Positions 59,755-64,000 of a DNA stretch of 64,000 nucleotides are shown piece by piece. Position numbers and translations under genes: made by a program. A model generated the notes under the pieces. It made no database searches. It was not told where the DNA came from and worked only from the letters and a program-made list of their open reading frames with translations. Source of the DNA: Owenia fusiformis (lineage: Eukaryota); the NCBI GenBank assembly GCA_903813345.2, contig CAIIXF020000001.1, positions 24,552,001 through 24,616,000 on the forward strand, written 5' to 3'. Numbering within the stretch: position 1 is the first letter of the stretch; every line of letters starts with the position of its first letter.

Positions 59755-62700
59755 TTGACCTAGATTTTGACCTAGGCATTTTGGTGTCCAAATTTTGAAG
59801 CTAAGTAGCCTTCGAGGTCCCCTTCTTTAATAGGCTTTCATTATATTAAGCTGTACTCAGTCTATATCTCGTATTTTACACTTCAAAAAAATCTTTTTTC
59901 CCATTGACATAACATGGGGCAGCAAATTTAGCGATTTTTGAGCTTTCAAAACACCATAACTTCCAAACAGGAGGTCAAATCAAAATTTGATTTGCAGATT
60001 CGGATTCCTGATAAAATTCTACCCCTTATTCATAACTCATACGTTACATTTGAAGATTTTTTTATTTTGACCTACTTTTGGGACACCATATCTCAAAAGT
60101 GGGTCAAAATACTTTTTGACGGCAAAAGGCTAACACTATTAGCACACTCTTGGCTACATGTATACACAATTTCGAAGAATATAATTAAAGTGTAGTGTCA
60201 GAATCGCAAAAATAAGGAAAAGCTTTGAATTTGACATAGATTTTGACCTAGGCATTTTGTTGTCCAAATTTTCAAAATTAGAAGGTTTTGAGGTCCCCTT
60301 CTTTTATGGGCTTCCATTATGTTTAGCTGTACTTAGTCTATATCTCGTATTTTACACTTCAAAAAAATATTTTTTCCCATTGACATAACATGGGGCACCA
60401 AATTTAGCGATTTTTGAGCTTTCAAAACGCCATAACTTCCAAACCGGAAGTCGGGTCGAAATTTGGTTTGCAGATTCGGATTCCTGAGAAAATTCTATAC
60501 TTAATTCATAACTCAAACGTCAAATTTTGAGACCTTTTAATTTTGACCTACTTTTCGGACACCATATCTCAAAAATGGGGCAAAATACTTTCTGACGGCA
60601 AAAGGCTAACACTATTAGCAGACTCTTAGCTACATGTATACAAAATTTCGAAGAATATAATTAATCTGTTGTGTCAGAATCGCAAAAATAAGGAAAAACT
60701 TTGAATTTGACCTAGATTTTGACCTAGGCATTTTGGTGTCCAAATTTTGAAGCTAGATGGCTTATGAGGTCCCCTTCTTTTAAAAGCTTTCATTATATTT
60801 AGCTGAACTCAGTCTATATTTCGTATTTTTCACTTCAAAAAATCTTTTTTCCCATTGACTTAACATGGGCACCAAATTTAGCGATTTTTGAGCTTTCAAA
60901 ACGCCATAACTTCCGAACGGGAAGTCGGATCAAAATTTGATTTTCAGATTCGGATTCCTGGTAAAATTCTACCCTTATTTCATAGCTCATATGTTAAATT
61001 TGGAGAACTTTTTGGTTTTGACCTACTTTCAGGACGCCATATCTCAAAATAGCTAAGAGTAATCAAAAAACGGATGGCACACTCTCGATTTGTTTTTTTC
61101 TAAGCTACATGTAGAAACTAAGATGAAGTAGTTACGACAAACAACAATGAAGATAATTGACAGAATGTTGATTTGCCCTTGATTTGACCTAGTTCTTGAC
61201 CCTTGACCTAGATAAAAATTTGACCTAATTTCCCATCATCCCAGGAACTGCCCCTAGTTGATCATGTAAGCAGCTTAAAGTAAATTCTTTTAGTTGGTGA
61301 GAAATCTGGGAAGGAGGAAGATTCTGAAAGAATAATAATAACTAGACTTTGGAAATTGAACAAGTTCAATTTCAGACTCCAGATTTAGACTTTTTAAGCT
61401 GAGTCATCCACAATAAGCCGAGTCATCCAGAATAAGCCAAGTCATCCAGAATAAGCTGAGTCATCCAGCATAAGCCGAGTCATCCAGAATAAGCAGGTGG
61501 ATGGCTGGACTGATGGATGAATGGATGGATTGATAGGAGGAAGGATAGGACAGAATAGGAAGGAAGGATAGGATAGAATAGGAAGAAAGGATAGGATAGT
61601 ATAGGGTATGAAGGATAGAATAGGATATGATAGAATCCGAAGAAAGAATAAGATAGGACAGAATAGGAAGGATAGGATAGGATAGGAAGAAGGATAGGAT
61701 TGGATAGGATAGGTGAGATGGATATAGCCGAGTATTCCAGAATAAGCCAAGTCATCCAGAATAAGCTGAGTCATCCAGAATAAGCCGAGTCATCCATAAT
61801 AAGCCGATGGATGGATGGATTGATGGATGAATGGATGGATTGATAGGATAGGAAGGATAGGATAGAATAGGAAGGATAGGATAGTATAGGATAGGAAGGA
61901 TAGAATAGTATACGATAGAATCCGAAGAAAGAATAAGATAGGACAGAATAGGAAGGGTAGGATAGGATAGGAAGGAAGGATAGATAGATAGGAAGGATAG
62001 GATTGAATAGGATAGGTGGGATGGATATAGCCGAGTCGTCCAGAATAAGCCAAGTCGTCCAGTCCTATCCCTCTTTCCTATCCTTCTTATCCTATCCTTC
62101 CTTCCTATCCTATCCTTCCTTCCAGAATAGGAAGGAAGGATAGGATAGAATAGGAAGAAACGATAGGATAGTATAGGATAGGAAGGAAGGATAGGATAGG
62201 AAGGATAGGAAAGAAGGATAGGATTGGATAGGATATACGATAGGATATAGGATAGGATATAGGATAGATATAGGATAGGATATAGGATAGGATATAGAAT
62301 AGGAAGGAAGGATAGGATAGGAAGGAAAGGATAGGAAGGAAGAATAGATAGGAAGGATATGATGAGACAGGATAGGAAGGAAGGATGGATGATTTTTTCT
62401 ATATTTTCTTCGCTACTCTTGACTTTCTATAAGGATATCATCAGATCGATTTTTCTCGAAATTGCAAAACGCCATAACTTTCGAACCGGAAGTCGGATCG
62501 AAATTTGGTTTGCAGATTCGGATTCCTGAGTAAATTCTACCCTTAATTCATAACTCAGATGTTAAATTTGGAGAACTTTTCATTTTGACCTACTTTCTGG
62601 ACGCCATATTTCAAAATCGGTAAGCGTAATCAAAAATCTAATGTCATATCTTTGCTTTGGCTTTTTCTAAGCTACATGATGAAAAAAAGATTTAGGAGTT

Positions 62701-64000
62701 TCGATAAACAACGACGAAGATAAATGACAGAATGTTGAAAATGTAAGATTTGACCTAGTTCTTGACCTTTGAACTAGATAAAAATTTGACCCAATTTCCG
62801 ATAAACTAGATCTAGGACCTAAATGGACCATATATAGGACTTGACTCAATATCTTCTAGTTAACGAGAAAACTGGGAAAGAATAATAAAAATAACTAGAT
62901 TTGTGAAATTGAACAAGTTCAATTTAAGACCCCAGATTTATTTGACCTAGATAGATCAGTAAAGAGCTGAGTAAGTAACTGAGTAATTAGCTGAGTAAGT
63001 ACCTTAGTAGTAGTTGAGTAAGTAGCTGAGTAAGTAACTGAGTAAAAAGCTGAGTAGGTAGCTGAGTAAGAAGCTGAGTAAGTACCTGAGTTAGTAGCTG
63101 AGTAAGTTGCTAAGGAAGTAATAACTAATTAAGTAATTGAGTAAGTAGTCAAATAAGTAGCTGAGTAGGTAGAGAGGTAAAGTAGGGTATGCAGGAATTT
63201 TTGAAAGTATATTTGATCAATCTGCATCGTGAATACTGGCAAGTGCGAATTTCAAACTTCAAAATGATGAGAATCTAAACCGGGGGTCGGATTGCAATTT
63301 TAATTTCAGATCCAGATTCCTGAGGAAATTCTACCCCTAATTCATAACTCATACTTTAAAATTGGAGAACTTTTTATTTTGACCTACATTTCGGACACCA
63401 TATCTCAAAAGTGGGTCAAAAACTTATTGACGGCAAAATGTTAACATTATTAGCACACTCTTTGCTACAAGTTTACAAAATTTCGGAGAATATCATTGAA
63501 GTGTAGTGTCAGAATCGCAAAATAAAAAAAACTATGAATTTGACCTAGATTTTGAAATAGGTATTTTGGTGTCCAAACTTTGAAGGAAAGTAGCATTTGA
63601 GGTCCCCTTCTTCTATGGGCTTTCATTATGTTTAGCTGTACTCATTCTATATCTCGTATTTTTATACTTCAAAAAATTATTCGGTCCCATTGATTTAACA
63701 TTGGGCACCAAATTTAGCGATTTTTGAGATTTCAAAACGCCATAACTTCAGAACAAGTAGTCGGATCGAAATTTGGTTTGCAGATCTAGATTTCTGAGAA
63801 AATTCTACCCTTAATTCATAACTCATACGTTAAATTTGGAAAACTTTTAACTTTGGCCTACTTTTCGGACACCATATCTCAAAAGTGGGTCAAAATACTT
63901 TCTGACGGCAAAACGCTAACACTATTAGCATACTCTTTGCTACCTGTATACAAAATTTTAAAGCAAATCATTTAAATATAGTGTCAGAATCGCAAAAATA
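59755..64000. repeat. Continuation of the composite satellite array (~475-bp monomers, GGATA tract, 12-bp GCTGAGTAAGTA repeats)
   Basis: Monomers at ~475-bp spacing (ATTCTA..CTTA at about 60017, 60493 and 60967). Palindromic heads at about 61341 and 62894, GGATA tract at 61400-62390 and 12-bp repeats at 62965-63170. The segment 63304-64000 is nearly identical to 39454-40151. Confidence 0.88.

Overview
AT-rich animal genomic DNA, probably a lophotrochozoan such as a mollusc (inferred from the GFGD achatin gene and the repeat families). One clear host gene is present: an achatin-family neuropeptide precursor on the minus strand (2569-3561, 18 GFGD copies) with a likely non-coding first exon and a TATA/CRE-type promoter. 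The rest is a nested repeat landscape. (1) A full-length but decayed 7.1-kb AcademX transposon (10424-17513) with ~520-bp TIRs, a CAT TSD and an XPG-like nuclease region. (2) A Sola1-type transposon (22825-28641) with 26-bp TIRs and an ACAT TSD, sitting inside an older LINE endonuclease. It carries an open F-box/LRR gene that can share a 22-nt leader exon with the transposase, and it was itself hit by a 5'-truncated LINE that fused in frame with the transposase. (3) Two inverted copies of a 1.4-kb TTAA-flanked Kolobok-like element. (4) Helentron-type (HINE) elements carrying satellites. (5) A ~19.6-kb TIR-bounded block (40166-59754) that splits one ~475-bp satellite monomer in register. There are also many MITEs, two tRNA-derived SINEs and an 89-bp satellite. 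The best candidate for an undescribed system is the Sola1 element carrying an F-box/LRR gene as a putative alternative exon of its transposase transcript. All family assignments come from motif recognition by eye; no database searches were run.
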